Shown here: positions 25,601-38,559 of the stretch, in pieces
How positions within the stretch are numbered: position 1 is the first letter of the stretch
Layout: the number at the start of each line of letters is the position of its first letter
Source of the DNA: Squalus acanthias
Taxonomy: Eukaryota
NCBI GenBank assembly: GCA_030390025.1
Contig: CM059432.1
Span: forward strand, 121,708,001 to 121,772,000
Direction of reading: 5' to 3'
Length of the DNA: 64,000 nucleotides
Program-made: the position numbers and the translations under genes
Notes under the pieces: model-generated
The model's database searches: none
Told to the model about the DNA's origin: nothing
The model's input: only the letters and a program-made list of their open reading frames with translations

Positions 25601-27404
25601 ATATTAGTCTAAAGACTTTTTTAAAAATCTAGTAACATACCAGTCTTCATTTACTTTTCTAAGCTTTGTACAAATTACTGTAGGGTCTTCCTGGTATTCA
25701 ATCACATGTACAAACCCATAAATATCACATAACTATACCCAGCAGCCCTATATCTGATCAAATCTTGTCACAAATTATTACACTCAGGAATTCCTAAATT
25801 GCTTACCTAAAATTTTCAATAACTTAAAGAATTAACTAACCAGTTTTTACAACAAAACAAATATTTTTCTAATTGAAGGAAACAGCAGACCATAATTGCT
25901 GAGAAGATGGATGCACCATATTTTCCGAAGAGGACAAAGCAAAGCAAAGACTGCAAGAATCAGGTCTTGAAAAGGTAGATGCATGTCAGTATCACTTTCA
26001 CATGATCACTTTCACATGTACCAATATAATGTCTGTACTGATATGTGAAGCAGAAATGAGCTGACCAGGGTAGCTTTTAAAGATCTAAATATAGTGCACA
26101 GAAAGAGCGTCGTTATGCTGGAAGCTGAAGAGAACCTCCCAAAGCTGTTGCATTCCTGAAACACAGGGAATGTACAGCATCTATACGACTAAAAACGGGC
26201 ACATTATTTTCAAGTAATTAAAGTATGTACCTGACAAATAAGTCGATAAAATGACATAGTAGATGAAGAAATAAAATCTCATATCAAGCAGGCAAATTTT
26301 TGAATGCCATATGCAACGGAAACTGAATTACGTGGGTTGTATGGTGCACTTGTAGCCTGAGTGCTTTGCAAGATAAGTGTTCTATTTTAGATACTGTGGT
26401 AGTTATCACCCAGGCAGGCTGTGAAACTGGATGGATGCCCCCAGGAAGGTGAAAGATAGACTTTTAAAATAAACAGTTTAACAATTGGGTTAAAAACACA
26501 CAGAGATGGATTTAGTATGAGTACATAAAGCATTTATATGGGAACTGCGGCAGATGGAAAACATACCCCATCGAATGCAGGGCTATTGATTCGGAGAACT
26601 GGGCTTTGCTACCTGTGTCTGTATATAAGTTGCACAAGGTGTGGGCAGTAGACGAGGGATCCGAGCTCACTAAATCCCATACTGTGAGGAGTAAGTAATT
26701 TGTTAAATTCTGATAGGTTTGAGTCAGCTTCAACTGAAAATCCTAGCATTAAATGCTGTGTGTCAAAATGGACAGCTGTGGTCAGATTTCCAGTAAGAGA
26801 AAAATGTATTTACAAAAGGTACAGCTCCATAAAAGCAGTTTGTTTCTTGAGCTGTATTAGTGTCAACCCTCCCTTGTGTCCTCACTTGGTTACAGACCTG
26901 TACATATCTTTGCATTCTGACGTCCAACCTTACTCTAACCTTTAGCTTTTCTCCCCTTTTCTCATGCTTCCTGCTGCTCTTTTCTGTCTGGAGCTCTTCT
27001 TTAAGTAAATAGGATCTGATACAAAAAGAGAATTGCTCACCCTGCATCCACACCCGGTCTGTGCAGTGGTCTTTTGGATTCCATGGTACATTTCTCTTCC
27101 TGCCCTTGTGGGGCCTCTAGGCTGCTGGGCCTGGTAATTACAGGCTGAGGCAACAGCCATTGCTTCTGTCACAGGCACTAGGAAATTGAGCAAACAATTG
27201 AGTTTGCTGTTTCATTACCCTGCTGTCAAAATTCAACAGCTCATTTAAGAGAGAGGTTATCTCCACATGCAGTCACACCTCTAGGTTCTTGAATTTGAAC
27301 ACGTTCGGCTGTACACCTTAATCCCACAAGGAGCTAAGCTGGGATCCCTTACATGGGCAAGAGACAGGAAATAATGTTATACAATTATTAGGCATAGGGG
27401 ATAC

Positions 27405-28022
27405 GTTCCTTTATTTGCTGAGGTATAGAATATAAGAGCAGGGAGGTTATGCTTGAACTGTATAAAACACTAGTTAGGCCACAGCTAGAGTACTGCGTAC
27501 AGTTCTGGTCACTACATTACAGGAAAGATGTGATTGCACTAGAGAGAGTTCAGAGATTTACGAGGATGTTGCCAGGACTGGAGAATTTTAGCTATGAGGA
27601 AAGATTGGATAGGCTGGGGTTGTTTTCTTTGGAACAGAGGAGGCTGAGTGGAGACTTGATTGACGTGTATAAAATTATGAGGGACCTAGATAGGGTGGAT
27701 AGGAAGGATCTATTTCCCTTAGCAGTGAGGTCAATAACCAGGGGGCATAGATTTAAAGTAATTGGTGGAGGGATTAGAGGGGAGTTGAGGAGAACTTTTT
27801 TCACCCAGAGGGTGGTGGGGGTCTGGAACTCACTGCCTGAAAGGGTGATAGAGGAGGAGACCCTCATCACATTTAAAAGGTACTTGGATGTGCACTTGAA
27901 GTGCTGTAACCTCCAAGGCTACAGACCCAGAGCTGGAAAGTGGGATTAGGTTGGATAGCTCTTTTTCGGCTGGCACAGACACGATTGGCCGAATGGCCTC
28001 CTTCTGTACCATAAATTTCTAT
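27405..28022 (+). mobile_element. CR1 LINE 3' portion
   Basis: ORF 27449-27949 (LYKTLVRPQLEYCVQFWS...FFTQRVVGVWNSLP) plus 3' UTR. Confidence 0.95.
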
Positions 28023-28508
28023 GGGCTGGATTTTCAGTGACCCGTGGAGTCGGGTTTGGAGGCGTGTGGGGGGTTAAAGTTGCAGATTCGGGGGTCCCGA
28101 CCCCATCCCGATTCCATTCCGCCTCCACGCAATTTTGACAAAATCGGTCGCGGGGTTCCCGACTCCGTCCCGCCTCCAAGAGGCGGGAGAGGCCATTAAA
28201 GCCCTTAACAAGCCCAAAATTGGCTCTGTAATGCCATTTTGAAACCCTTTTCCGACGTGAAGTACGCCTGATGTGAAACACGCCAGTGAAACCTGGCGGG
28301 AGCACAAGTGGATAGCTGACTATCAGCTGCAGGTCCACTATTACAACGGAGATGTGATGAAGATAGTAGTAGTATTAGGTGTGAAAGTCGCCTCTGATGC
28401 TACTGCATTGAATGTCTTCAGAGACTGCCTGGGAGGACTTTGTTGCAAAAACAATACTCTCTCTCTCCCTTTCTCTTCTCTCTCTTTCTCCTCTCTTTCT
28501 CCTCTCTT

Positions 28509-28545
<37 letters not shown>

Positions 28546-28811
28546 ATGCTGCTCATTTTGCATCAAGGTCCTCTCACAGCAAAGGCCAGGCAATCTCTGA
28601 GACCAGGCAGTCTCTGACCTGCAATGATGACATCATCAGAGGCGACTTTCAGACTGAAACCACTAATTGGTTCATGGGTTCCCACATGCTGGAACTCAAT
28701 TGCCCAATTAAGTGAAAATTCCATCAATCTCCCACATCCAATTGCAGGCGGGTGGATAACACGAAATGCGGATGACACGACCCCAACCTGCCCCGTATCA
28801 AAATCCAGCCC
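28023..28811. mobile_element. Harbinger-type MITE with internal CT microsatellite (28458-28542)
   Basis: Perfect 12-bp TIR GGGCTGGATTTT / AAAATCCAGCCC; both ends similar to those of 28994-32205. Confidence 0.85.
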
Positions 28812-28993
28812 TTTAAGTATAGTAAGCCAGCAATACCAAACCATGTGTAGAGATAAACCGTCGCATCATCTAGAGAATCGTAGCTATCCTCCACCAAGAG
28901 GTGACCAAGGAATGAACGACTACTTATTTTGAAAGTTTGGAGTTTTTCTTTAACTCGCGCAAAACCCCTCAAGTTCATTCAATGCTAGATAAT

Positions 28994-31900
28994 GGGCTTG
29001 ATTTTGCCAGGCCCGAGGAGGTGGGATTGGAGGCGTGTGAGGTGTTAAAATCAGAAAAAATGGTGTGCGGGCCCGATCCCGCCTCCATCCCGCCTCCAAG
29101 CAATTTTCCCAGAATCGGGGTTTCAGACCCCGTTTCCAAGAGGTGGGATAGGCCCTTAAGGCCCTTAACAACCACTTAATTGCCTCTATAATCCAATTTT
29201 GGGAGGCCTTTCTGATTTTTAGACATTTCCCCCCCTCCTACACGCCTCCTCTGGAACACGCCAGGTAATCCTGGCGGCCTCACAAGTGGATTGCTTACTA
29301 ACAGCTGCAGCTCCACCATTAAAAAGGAGTTTTCAGCAATCATCATTTGCAGGTGGCAGAACTTTGTTGTCTCAGGTCTGGGGGATCTTTTAGCAGGCCT
29401 ACTCATTGTTGTGGAAGTTTGGAGCCTGTGACCTCCTGGGAAACCCCTCTCCCCACCTTGACTGAGCGCTTCCTCAACTGAGGTATATAGCAGAAGCATG
29501 GGAACCATTTATTTCCTTTCCTCCTGGACATCAGATTCGGATGAAGACCAGCCGCAGCAGCAGCAGAACCCTGAACAACAGCAGCACCAACAGCAGGAGC
29601 AACAACAGGAGCGCCAAGCTGGTGCTCACCCACCTGAAACTGCACAGGCCAGAAGGCGTCAGAGCGCAACCACATTGCTGCCCAGAATGCAAGGGATGCA
29701 CTCATGTTGGCCAGATTTGCTTAACCTGCACAATCAAACACGTTTGCCTCGCACCTTCTTACCAGAGCATCGAAAATGGACAAGAACCTGCGGATTCCTA
29801 TCACTCTGACCACCATACTGACAATTGCAAGTCGCCCTAAGCCCTAAATGTGAAAGTCCCATTTGCGAAATGACACAGGCCACAACTTCAACAGTTTGCC
29901 ATTAAATCTATTTATGATACCATGACAAGGATGGCTGGTCCAAATACAATACATCACAGCACCCAAGTGACTACCCTTGTGACTACTTGTGCTTTATCTT
30001 CCTCTTACGCATGCTCCTACGTGGTACTTCCCCTGTGGTTTCAGCAGATGTGGAGTCCCCTTGCTCACTTTGTTGCTGCTCCTGCCTCGACATCTTTGGC
30101 GGGCGTCCTCTGGGGTTGTGAACCTGTGAGGGCTCAGCAACAGTCTGCTGCTCCTGTGTCTGTGCAGGGGCTGAGAAGCCGATCTCAGTTGGGTGAGGAC
30201 TCTGGTGCTGCTCTGACCGAGGGCTTTGCAGTGGCATGGTTGTGTGAGCGCTTGGAGAGGAGCCCCCACTTCCTTGTTGTCTGCCACCAACATCCCTCTC
30301 ATGGGTCAGCCCCACTTCAGAGCTAGCAAGTGGCTTGACAGCACCTTGCTGCACTTCAGGGGGGCCATGAGGACCCGTTTCTGCACTGGAAGTCCTACTC
30401 CAGAGGACTTCCATGAAGATCTGGTTTCTATGCTTAATAGCTGACCATCGCTCCTCAAGAGATGTCATTCTATTCTGAACAATGACCATGTGTTCAAGAC
30501 CCTGGCGACTAAGCTCGTCCATGGCCGTAGCCATCCTCTCCTCTATCGTAGCCATCCTCTCCTCTACGGTAGCCAGCCTTACCACGGAGTTAGCCATCCT
30601 TTCCACGGTGATGCGTTCATGCGCCAATGCCTCCACAAAGGCTCTGCTCATGTTCGCGATGGACTCCTCCATTCGCTCCACACTCGCAGCGACCCTGGAG
30701 ACAAAACCTGCCAGAGACTCCTGCACCTGTTCCTGCAGTTCTCCTTCTGGATGGACCCGGAGGCATAGGGTTGACATGCAGCTGAGCCAAGCTGGCAGAG
30801 TCCTGCACCCTCCGATGAGGACTCTCCACTGCTCTCCCTGTCTCCACCATCTGCTGATGCTCACTTGTGAGCTGTGATACACCAGGTGCCAACAGTACTC
30901 TATCTCACGAAGGTCCCACCAAGGTGTGAGTGTCTGCGCTGGTGCTGTGTGCGCTGAATTCTGCTGACGATGCGCCATCAGAGGTTGCAGCTTCCTCTGA
31001 GGAGTTTGGAAGCTCAGGCGCTTCCTCCTGGACAGTGGGGACGGGGGCTTACGATGGCCCTGTGGGGGAGTAAAGGAAAGAGTTAGAGATGTGAGATCAA
31101 GGTTACATGCACATTGAATAGTGCAGATGATCATAAGTCAATCTGTTACAGCATCAAATTCATTATCAGTGACTCATGCAATGTCAATGAGAGAGATGCC
31201 AAACTATTCTGTCACCAGCTTGTTGTGATGCGCCCGTCTGTTCGTCTCCCACTTGGGAATCCTCCTCGATGCCGGCGATTTCCAGGGCCGCCTCCTCCCA
31301 GGCGGTGAGCTGGGCTACAGAGGGTGGCCCTCCTCCTGTCATGGCTCTTTCCCTCTTATTGTGGGCTCTCTTTTCCTGCAAGTGGAGTTTGAGTGCAAAT
31401 GAAGGAGTGAGCATAGAGAATGCATAGCATAGATGCTTAAAAGGAGACAAAGGGCCCTCCCTGTGTGTTGTAAGTTGTTGTTGTTGTTGCATCACAGTGA
31501 TAGGGAGTGTGAGGGCTACATGGTCGAATAGTTAAGTGAATGTGACCATAGAGAGAGGGGCAATGGGTAAGGGTGCAGGGATGTAAGTGTCAGGTGGGAT
31601 GTAGAGGAAGAGGTTAGCAAAGCAGAGTGCTGGTGAGGAGAGGCAATGGGGATCAGATTGAGGGAGATGGGAAAGTCATACTCACTTTTCCTGTGCGGAG
31701 AAGGTCATGAAACCTCTTCCTGCATTGCAGCCGGTTTCTGCGGCTCATCGAGATGGAGTTGACCTCCTGGGCCACTTGCAGCCACACAGCTTTAGTCTTC
31801 TGGGGTGGCTTTTTTCGCCCTGAGGAAGGGAAGAGCACCTCCTTATTCGATCTTGCTCCCTCCACCAGAGCTTGGAGGGAGGGCTCATCGAAGCGTGGAG

Positions 31901-32205
31901 CACACTTTGGCCTACTGGTGGACATAGTCGATCAATGAATTCCTTACTACAATCACCATACTGTTTGCAGTCTCCAGAAGAAAGAAGGCTGCTTGTCGGC
32001 CTTAAATCCAGCAGCATTGATGACGTCATCGGAGGCGACTTTCTGTCTGAAAAGACTCATTGGGCCAGGGGTTCCCACACGCTGGAAATCAATTGCCCAA
32101 TTAGGGGAAAATCTCACTTTTTCCCCACTTCACTTCAGAGTCGGGGTCCTGACACGAATGCCACCTGACACGCCCCAGCCCGCCCACACTGGCAAAATCG
32201 AGCCC
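28994..32205 (-). mobile_element. Harbinger element retaining the Myb/SANT gene, transposase mostly deleted
   Basis: 17-bp TIR (16/17) GGGCTTGATTTTGCCAG, TSD AAT/AAT; three-exon Myb gene on minus; possible transposase 5' stub on plus at 29498. Confidence 0.92.
29983..31925 (-). pseudogene. Harbinger Myb/SANT-like DNA-binding protein gene, exons 31925-31686, 31375-31216, 31059-29983
   Basis: Exon 1 encodes 80 aa (PRFDEPSLQALV..W..VA..VN..R..QCRKRFHDL) ending at GTGAGT; exon 2 has RERAMTGGGP after a CAG acceptor; exon 3 has a heptad coiled coil. The three-exon join has two stops and a frameshift. Confidence 0.85.
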
Positions 32206-32333
32206 AATCTGTTTTAGTGATGTTGATTGAGGGATAAATACTGGCCAGGGCACCAGGGATAAATCCCCTGCTCTTCTTTGAAATAGTGCCATGGGATCTT
32301 TTACATCCACCTGAGAGAGCAGACAGGGCCTCG
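32206..32333 (-). mobile_element. Deu-SINE fragment (continues at ~28981-28993 across the Harbinger insertion)
   Basis: AATCTGTTTTAGTGATGTTGATTGAGGGATAAAT matches the 36567-37023 copy; left flank AATGCTAGATAAT matches the SINE's AATGACCAGATAAT. Confidence 0.8.
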
Positions 32334-32559
32334 TATGTGTAATTTTAATATGCAAGATTTCTACATAGTTTTATTAGTCAGAGATATTTCCTATTGAATA
32401 TTCAACTTGTAGCCTGACCTTACATATCTATGACTTCAGATTATTCACTGAGTATTTCTGTTTTGTCTAATGGGTGAAAGCCTAAACACAATAATGCCAA
32501 CAGAGCACTCAGTGCACTTACGGTTTCCACCATACTAGCTTTAAGATTTCATGTAACAT

Positions 32560-34833
32560 GAGGTGGGCCAGGTGGACCAAGTGTCTGTGGGAGAACACTT
32601 GGGTACGAGTGATCATCGTATCATCAGATTTAGATTAGCAATGGAGAGGAGCAAGGAACAATCTAGAGTGGAACTTCTAAACTGGAATGGGATGTGAAAG
32701 GATCTAGCCAGGGTAAAATGGAACCAAAGACTGACAGGAAAAACTGTAACGGAACAATGGGTGATCTTTAAGGAGAAGATGTTCCAAGTACAGACTAGGT
32801 ACATTCCAACAAGAGGGAATCAAAGGAAGGGCTCCTTGGATGACGTGGGAGATTGAGAAGATGATGAAACAAAAAAAAGAGGGTATATGATGCATGTCAG
32901 GTGAATTCTTCAAGGGAGAACCAGACCAAATACAATAAGTTGAGAGGGGAAGTGAAGATGAAAATAAGATTGGCAAAGAGAGAATATGAGAGTAGAATGG
33001 TGGTTAACATAAAAGGGCACCCAAAATTTTTCTACCGGCATGTAAACAGTAATCGGGTAGTAAGAGGCGGGGTGGGGCCTATTAGCGACAAAGGTGGTGT
33101 TATATGCTTAGAGGCGCAGGGCAAGGCTAGAATACTCAATGAGTACTTTGTATCAGTGTTTACTAAGGAGGTGGAAGCTGACAAAATATCAGTAGCAGTT
33201 GAAAAGGTAGAAGCAATGGAAGGGATGAAAATTGATAGACAGGATGTACTAGAAAGGCTGAGTATGCTTAGAGTGGACAAGTCGCCTGGTCCAGATGGCT
33301 TGCTTCCCAGGTTGCTAAGGGAATTGGGGGAGGAGATAGCGGAAGGGTTTGCCATAATTTTCCATTCTTCCCTAGATGCGGGGGAGGTGCCTGAGGATTG
33401 GAAAGTGGCAAATGTGACACCATTGTTCAAGAAAGGGTGTAAGGACAATCCTAGTAACTACAGTTTAACATCAGTGGTGGGTAAAGTTTTAGAAACAATA
33501 ATCAAGAAAAAAATTAACGGGCACTTGGAGAGGTTTAAGCTAATTAAGGAGAGCCAACACGGATTTGTAAAAGGGCGATCATGTTTGACTAATCTAATTG
33601 AATTTTTTGATGAAGTAACAGGGAGGATTGATGAAGGGAATGCAATGGATGTTGTCTACATGGATTGTAGGAAGGCGTTTGACAAAGTACAACATAGAAG
33701 GCTGGGTAACAAAATTGAGGCTCATGGAATAGGTGGGTCAGTGGCAGCTTGGATAAGAAATTGGCTTAAGAACAGAAAACAGCGAGTTGTGATAAATGGC
33801 TGTTTTTCAGACTGGAGGATGGTAGACAGTGATGTTCCCCAAGGGTCAGTGCTGGGTCCACTGCTTTGTTTGATATATATAAATGACCTGGATATTGGAA
33901 TACAAAGTAGAGTTTCTAAATTTGCCAATGACACCAAACTTGGGGGTGTGGCAAACAGTGAGGATGATACCAATCGACTGCAACAGGACATAGAAAGGCT
34001 AGCCGAATGGGCAGACAAGTGGCAGACGGAATTTAATACAGAGACGTGTGAGGTGATGCATTTTGGCAGAAGGAACAGGGAGAGGCAATATACACTTAAT
34101 GGCACAGTTTTAAAGAGTGTGCAGGGACAGAGGGACCTGGAAGTTAATGTGCATAGGTCCCTGAAGGTGGCAGGACATATTGAGAGAATGGTTAGCAAAG
34201 CATATGGGATCTTGGGCTCCATAAACAGAGGTATTGAGTACAAAAGTAGAAAAGCTATGCTGAATCTTTATAAAGCGCTGGTTAGGCCACAACAGGAGTA
34301 TTACATCCAGTTCTGGTCACCACACTTTAGGAAGGATGTGAAGGCCCTTGAGAGGGTGCAGTGGAGATTTACCATAATGATTCCGGGGATGGGGGATCTT
34401 AGCTACAAGGATAGATTGGAGAATCTGGATTTGTTTTCATTAGAGCAAAGGAGGTTGAGGCGTGATTTGATAGAGGTGTACAAGATTATGACGGGTTTGG
34501 ATAGGCTCGATGGGGAAAGGCTGTTCACAATAGTTGATGGTACAAGGACTAGGGGACACAGGTTTAAGGTTTTGGGCAAGAGATACAGGGGGGACGTGAG
34601 GAAAACTTTTTTACGCAGCGAGTGATGAGGACCTGGAACTCGCTGTCGATGGAAGTGGTGGAAGCGGACACACTCAACGTTTTCAAGGGGAGACTGGATA
34701 GGCACTAGAGGGAAATAAATTTGCAGGGCTACGGGGATAGAGCGGGGGAATGGGACTGACTCGATTGCTCTGCAGAGAGCTGGCATGGCCTCGATGGGCC
34801 GAATAGCCTCCTTCTGTGCCGTTATGACTCTAT
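32560..34833 (+). mobile_element. 5'-truncated CR1 LINE with long ORF2 segment (RT domain)
   Basis: 574-aa frame 32901-34625 with KSPGPDG, QHGFVKGRSCLTNL, KAFDKV, PQGSVLGP; catalytic FADD mutated to FAND; tail TATGACTC resumes at 35930. Confidence 0.97.
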
Positions 34834-35929
34834 GGCTGTGATTTTACTAATGGAGGTGGCTTGAGTGTGGGTCTGCTGCTCGGAGGCTTTCTGACCCACT
34901 CCCGGCAGCTGCCTCCCAGAACTTATGAATTTACGTTGATTGGCCTCGTTACGGCTGACATGTCGGACCCTCCAGGCAATTGCTTGGAGGCTGTCAGTTT
35001 TTCGCGTCTGATGACGCGTTGTTTGAAAGAAAATTTAAAGGGGCCATGTGAGATGGAGGCGGGTTGGGTGTCTGAAGCCATTTTTTCCGATTTTACCAGC
35101 TGACACACCTCCAAACCCACCTCCAACCCGTCGGAAACCCGCTGTCAACCCGCCTCCAATCAATCTTTCCAAATGTCGGGTCCCCGATTTGTGCAGGGAC
35201 CCGACACCTAGCGGCGGGAAGAGGATTATAGCCACTTAACTGCTTGTTAACAGAATGTTAACAGGCAGTTAACAGGCTTTTTGCAATTTTGACACTTCTA
35301 CTGCGGGCTTCCCGATGTCCGGACACCACACCAGGTAAATGTGGCGTGTTGTGAGTCTGCTGTAATGTTTCTGCATTGATGACAGCTGCAGAAGTGGTAT
35401 GAAGGATCCAATGGTGCACTGGTCAGTTTCAGAGGTAAGAAAATGTTGGGAAAATCATTTTTAATGCATTTACACTTTTCTGTAGGTAACAAGTTTTGAA
35501 TTGTATGTGTAGTCCTATCTCATTGGTAGAACTTTTCTCACCAGTGACAGATCGCTTCTGTAACCTCACCTGCAGCTGCCATCTGTTCTAGCCTAAGGAG
35601 AGAGTCACTGGAGAGCCTGGGAGCAAGAGCTCACCTTTGTACAGTGATTGTCAATATTTGCAGCACCTCAATGCTGTCAAACACTGAAAAATCAACTGTC
35701 AAAAAAAATTGTGTGTGGTCCCTTTAAGAAAACCAGCAGATGACGCATCATCAAATGACGTCATCTGACACCGGATTCCTCTTAATTGGCCGGAAGCCCA
35801 CAGGGCGGGCTTAGCAAGGCTAATTGATGTAAAATTACATCTGTGGGCCGGATGTAGTTGGGGGTGGGACTGGAACCCGGAAGGCAGCTGACCTGCTCCT
35901 AAGCCACCTCGAAGCAGAAAATCGCGGCC
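34834..35929 (-). mobile_element. Harbinger deletion derivative
   Basis: TIR GGCTGTGATTTT / AAAATCGCGGCC, TSD TAT/TAT inside the CR1 tail; right end homologous to 14990-15277. Confidence 0.85.
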
Positions 35930-36377
35930 TATGACTCTATATGCAGAGATTATCATGGTCTTCAAATTCTTTAATGTTAAATAGCATAAAATAGAATTTG
36001 ATCCATATATTTAACTACAATCTTTGCAATATCATAGAACCAACTAACCATAAATTTGCTGTATTTGGTGATTGCTTGGATAATCTTGATGACTTGCCTA
36101 TCAGTGGTGCAGTTGAGCAATGCTACCATTACCAGGGCATTGATTGAGAAAGATATCAGGTAAATACTGACCAAAACCTGACCGCACACAGCTCAGTAGC
36201 ACAAATAGTCCCTGCTGATCAATGATCCCCTGGAGTGTAAAAGGGTTTCATGCAGAGTAAAACGTGTTAGCCACTGTTCTAATAAAGTACCTGAGCCCCA
36301 GCCTCATTGCACCAGTGTGATACTTCTCATTTCCCACAGCAGATATCTTGTGGCCTCTGACTGAGATTGCCTATTAA

Positions 36378-36560
36378 GTGTCACCCTTGGCTCAGTGGTA
36401 ACACTCTGACCTCTGATTCCAGAGTCTTGAGCACATAATCTAAGTGACACTTCAGTGCAGTACTGAGGGAGTGGTGCACCATTAGAGGTGCCATTTTTCA
36501 GATGAGACATTAAACCAAAACCCTATTGATGTAAATGATCGCATAGCACTATTTAAAAAA
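36378..36560 (+). mobile_element. Internally deleted Deu-SINE
   Basis: TGGCTCAGTGG head and CAGTGCAGTACTGAGGGAG core. Confidence 0.7.
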
Positions 36561-36566
36561 AGATTT

Positions 36567-37023
36567 CCATTTATATAGCACCTTTCATGACCACCGGTTG
36601 TCCCAAAGTGCTTTACAGCCAATGAAGTACTTTTTTGAAGTGTAGTCACTGTTGTAATGTCGGAAACGCAGCAGCCAATTTGCGTACAGCAAGCTCCCAC
36701 AAGCAGCAATGTGATAATGACCAGAGAATCTGTTTTAGTGATGTTGATTGAGGGATAAATATTGGCCAGGACACCAGGGATAACTCCCCTGCTCTTCTTT
36801 GAAATAGTGCAATGGGATCTTTTACATCTGCCTGATAGAGCAAACAGGGCCTCGGTTTAACGTCTCCTCTGAAAGACGGCACCTCCAACAGTGCAGCACT
36901 CCCTCAGTACTGCACTGGAGTGTCAGCCTAGATTTATGTGGTCAAGTCTATGGAGAGGGACCTGGACCCACAATCTTCTGACTCAGGCGAGAGTGCTACC
37001 AACTGAGCCACAGCTGACACACT
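36567..37023 (-). mobile_element. Deu-domain SINE, full length
   Basis: Complete head, core and tail on the minus strand. Confidence 0.9.
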
Positions 37024-37034
37024 GAGAAGATCAG

Positions 37035-37452
37035 TAAAAACAGAAAATGCTGGAAATACTCAGCAGGTCAGGCAGCATCTGTGGAGAGAGAAACAGAGTT
37101 ACTGTTTCAGGTCAATGACCCTTCATCAGTACTGGAACAAGTTAGAGATATAACAGGTTTTAAGCAAGCAAAGGGGCAGGGAAAGGGGGATGGGCGGAAA
37201 GAACAAAAGGGAAGGTCTCTGATAGGGTGGAAGGCAGGAGAGATTAAATGACAAAAGGTATGATAGTACAAAGCAAAAGGAGATGGTAATGGGACAAGTA
37301 AAGAAACAAAAGATGGGTTTAGAAGAGGTTTAAATGCGGATGGCAGAAACATCAACAGCTGCCATCTGAAAAAATAGAGGCAGAGGTTATGGTCTGAAAT
37401 TGTTGAACTCGATGTTGAGTCCAGAAGGTTGTAAAGTGCTTAATCGAAAGAT
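37035..37452 (-). mobile_element. Penelope-like element 3' end with hammerhead remnant (37096-37135)
   Basis: ORF end IFRLSTLQPSGLNIEFNNFRP* resembles the Penelope GIY-YIG C-terminus; minus-strand CTGATGA-A-GGGTC-ATT-GACCT-GAAA. Confidence 0.88.
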
Positions 37453-38247
37453 CTCCCTTTGCTTTGTACTGGTCAATCCAGCCAAAGAGTGGAAGATGTA
37501 AATCTTCTTCCTGTGAAGCTGCCAGGATGGTAAGTGTCGAGTGAAACAGCAACTGATCTGTCTGGGATCAATTTCTCTCTGAAAACCTCTTACTGGGGCC
37601 CACATGCAGGCACCTGTTTTAGTGATGCAGGCACCTGCATCCTTTAGGTAAATGTACCAACTGGCCACAAAAGGATAAATCAGGTGGGATTACTAGGGGA
37701 TCACGGGAAACCCCTCCCCCAGGGACAGCCCAAACTGAGGGTCAGGACAAAGGGGAGGAGGGTGAAAGCAGTACCCACCACCATCCATCGGAATTGCCCG
37801 ATGCAGCTTTCAAGTGGTGCAGGTTCTGCCTACTGTACAGTCCCTCCACTGCTCTTCTATCCACATCCACACTATGAACGAGTGGCATTTCTAGGCTACA
37901 GTGTTTATATTTAAATTGAGTGTCTTGGCAGCTCCATTTGTTTCTCAGGCAAGCCAATAAATTTTTCTAAGAGTGTATTGAATTAGACTGGGATAGGGTT
38001 TCCATGAGTGAAGCTGGTTTTTAACCCCTTGCGTATCATAGCAGAATTAAAGAAGCTAATACCAAGGTAGATTTTACATAGCATGCTTCATTTTGTCACA
38101 TCTTAACAGAAGCCTTTAACAAGCTCCTCACAGTTATGAGCAAGCTTTTAACAGGCTTTGTTTTGGGGTTTTTTCCCTACTCTCCTTGCATCTATTTTAG
38201 TCTTTGTGCAGAAATGAGAGTTGCGGCAATAAAGTAAAGGAAAAGGG

Positions 38248-38552
38248 CTTGATTTATACAGCACCTTTCACAATCTTAGGATATCCTTACATGCTTTACA
38301 GCCAATGAAGAATATTTGGGGTGTAGTCACTGATGTAACGTAGAAAACGCAGCACAGCAAGGTCCCACTAACAACAATGAGATAACGACCAGATAATCTG
38401 CTTTTGTGATGTTGGTTTAGGGATAAATATTGGCCCGGACATTGGAGAGAACTCCCCTGCTCTTCTTCAGACTAGTGCCATGTGATCTTTTACGTCTACT
38501 CGAGGGGGCAGATTTAACGTCGGTTTAACGTCTCATCTGAAAGAAAGCACTG
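38248..38552 (-). mobile_element. Deu-SINE, 5'-truncated
   Basis: Reverse-complement match to the SINE core and tail. Confidence 0.8.
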
Positions 38553-38559
38553 GCAATAG

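Noticed and set aside
25991..26018. 14-bp direct repeat ATCACTTTCACATG x2 (similar case at ~10792-10834)
   Set aside because: Ordinary slippage duplications with no supporting context.
26512..27193. Possible coding exons on either strand
   Set aside because: Splice signals are weak or imply an impossibly short intron, and I recognise no homology.
29983..31134. 383-aa ORF as a standalone gene
   Set aside because: It starts inside an intron without ATG and is exon 3 of a transposon Myb gene; its first part is probably not the ancestral frame.
32901..34625. 574-aa ORF as an active reverse transcriptase or host gene
   Set aside because: It is 5'-truncated CR1 ORF2 with FAND in place of FADD and frameshifts on both sides.
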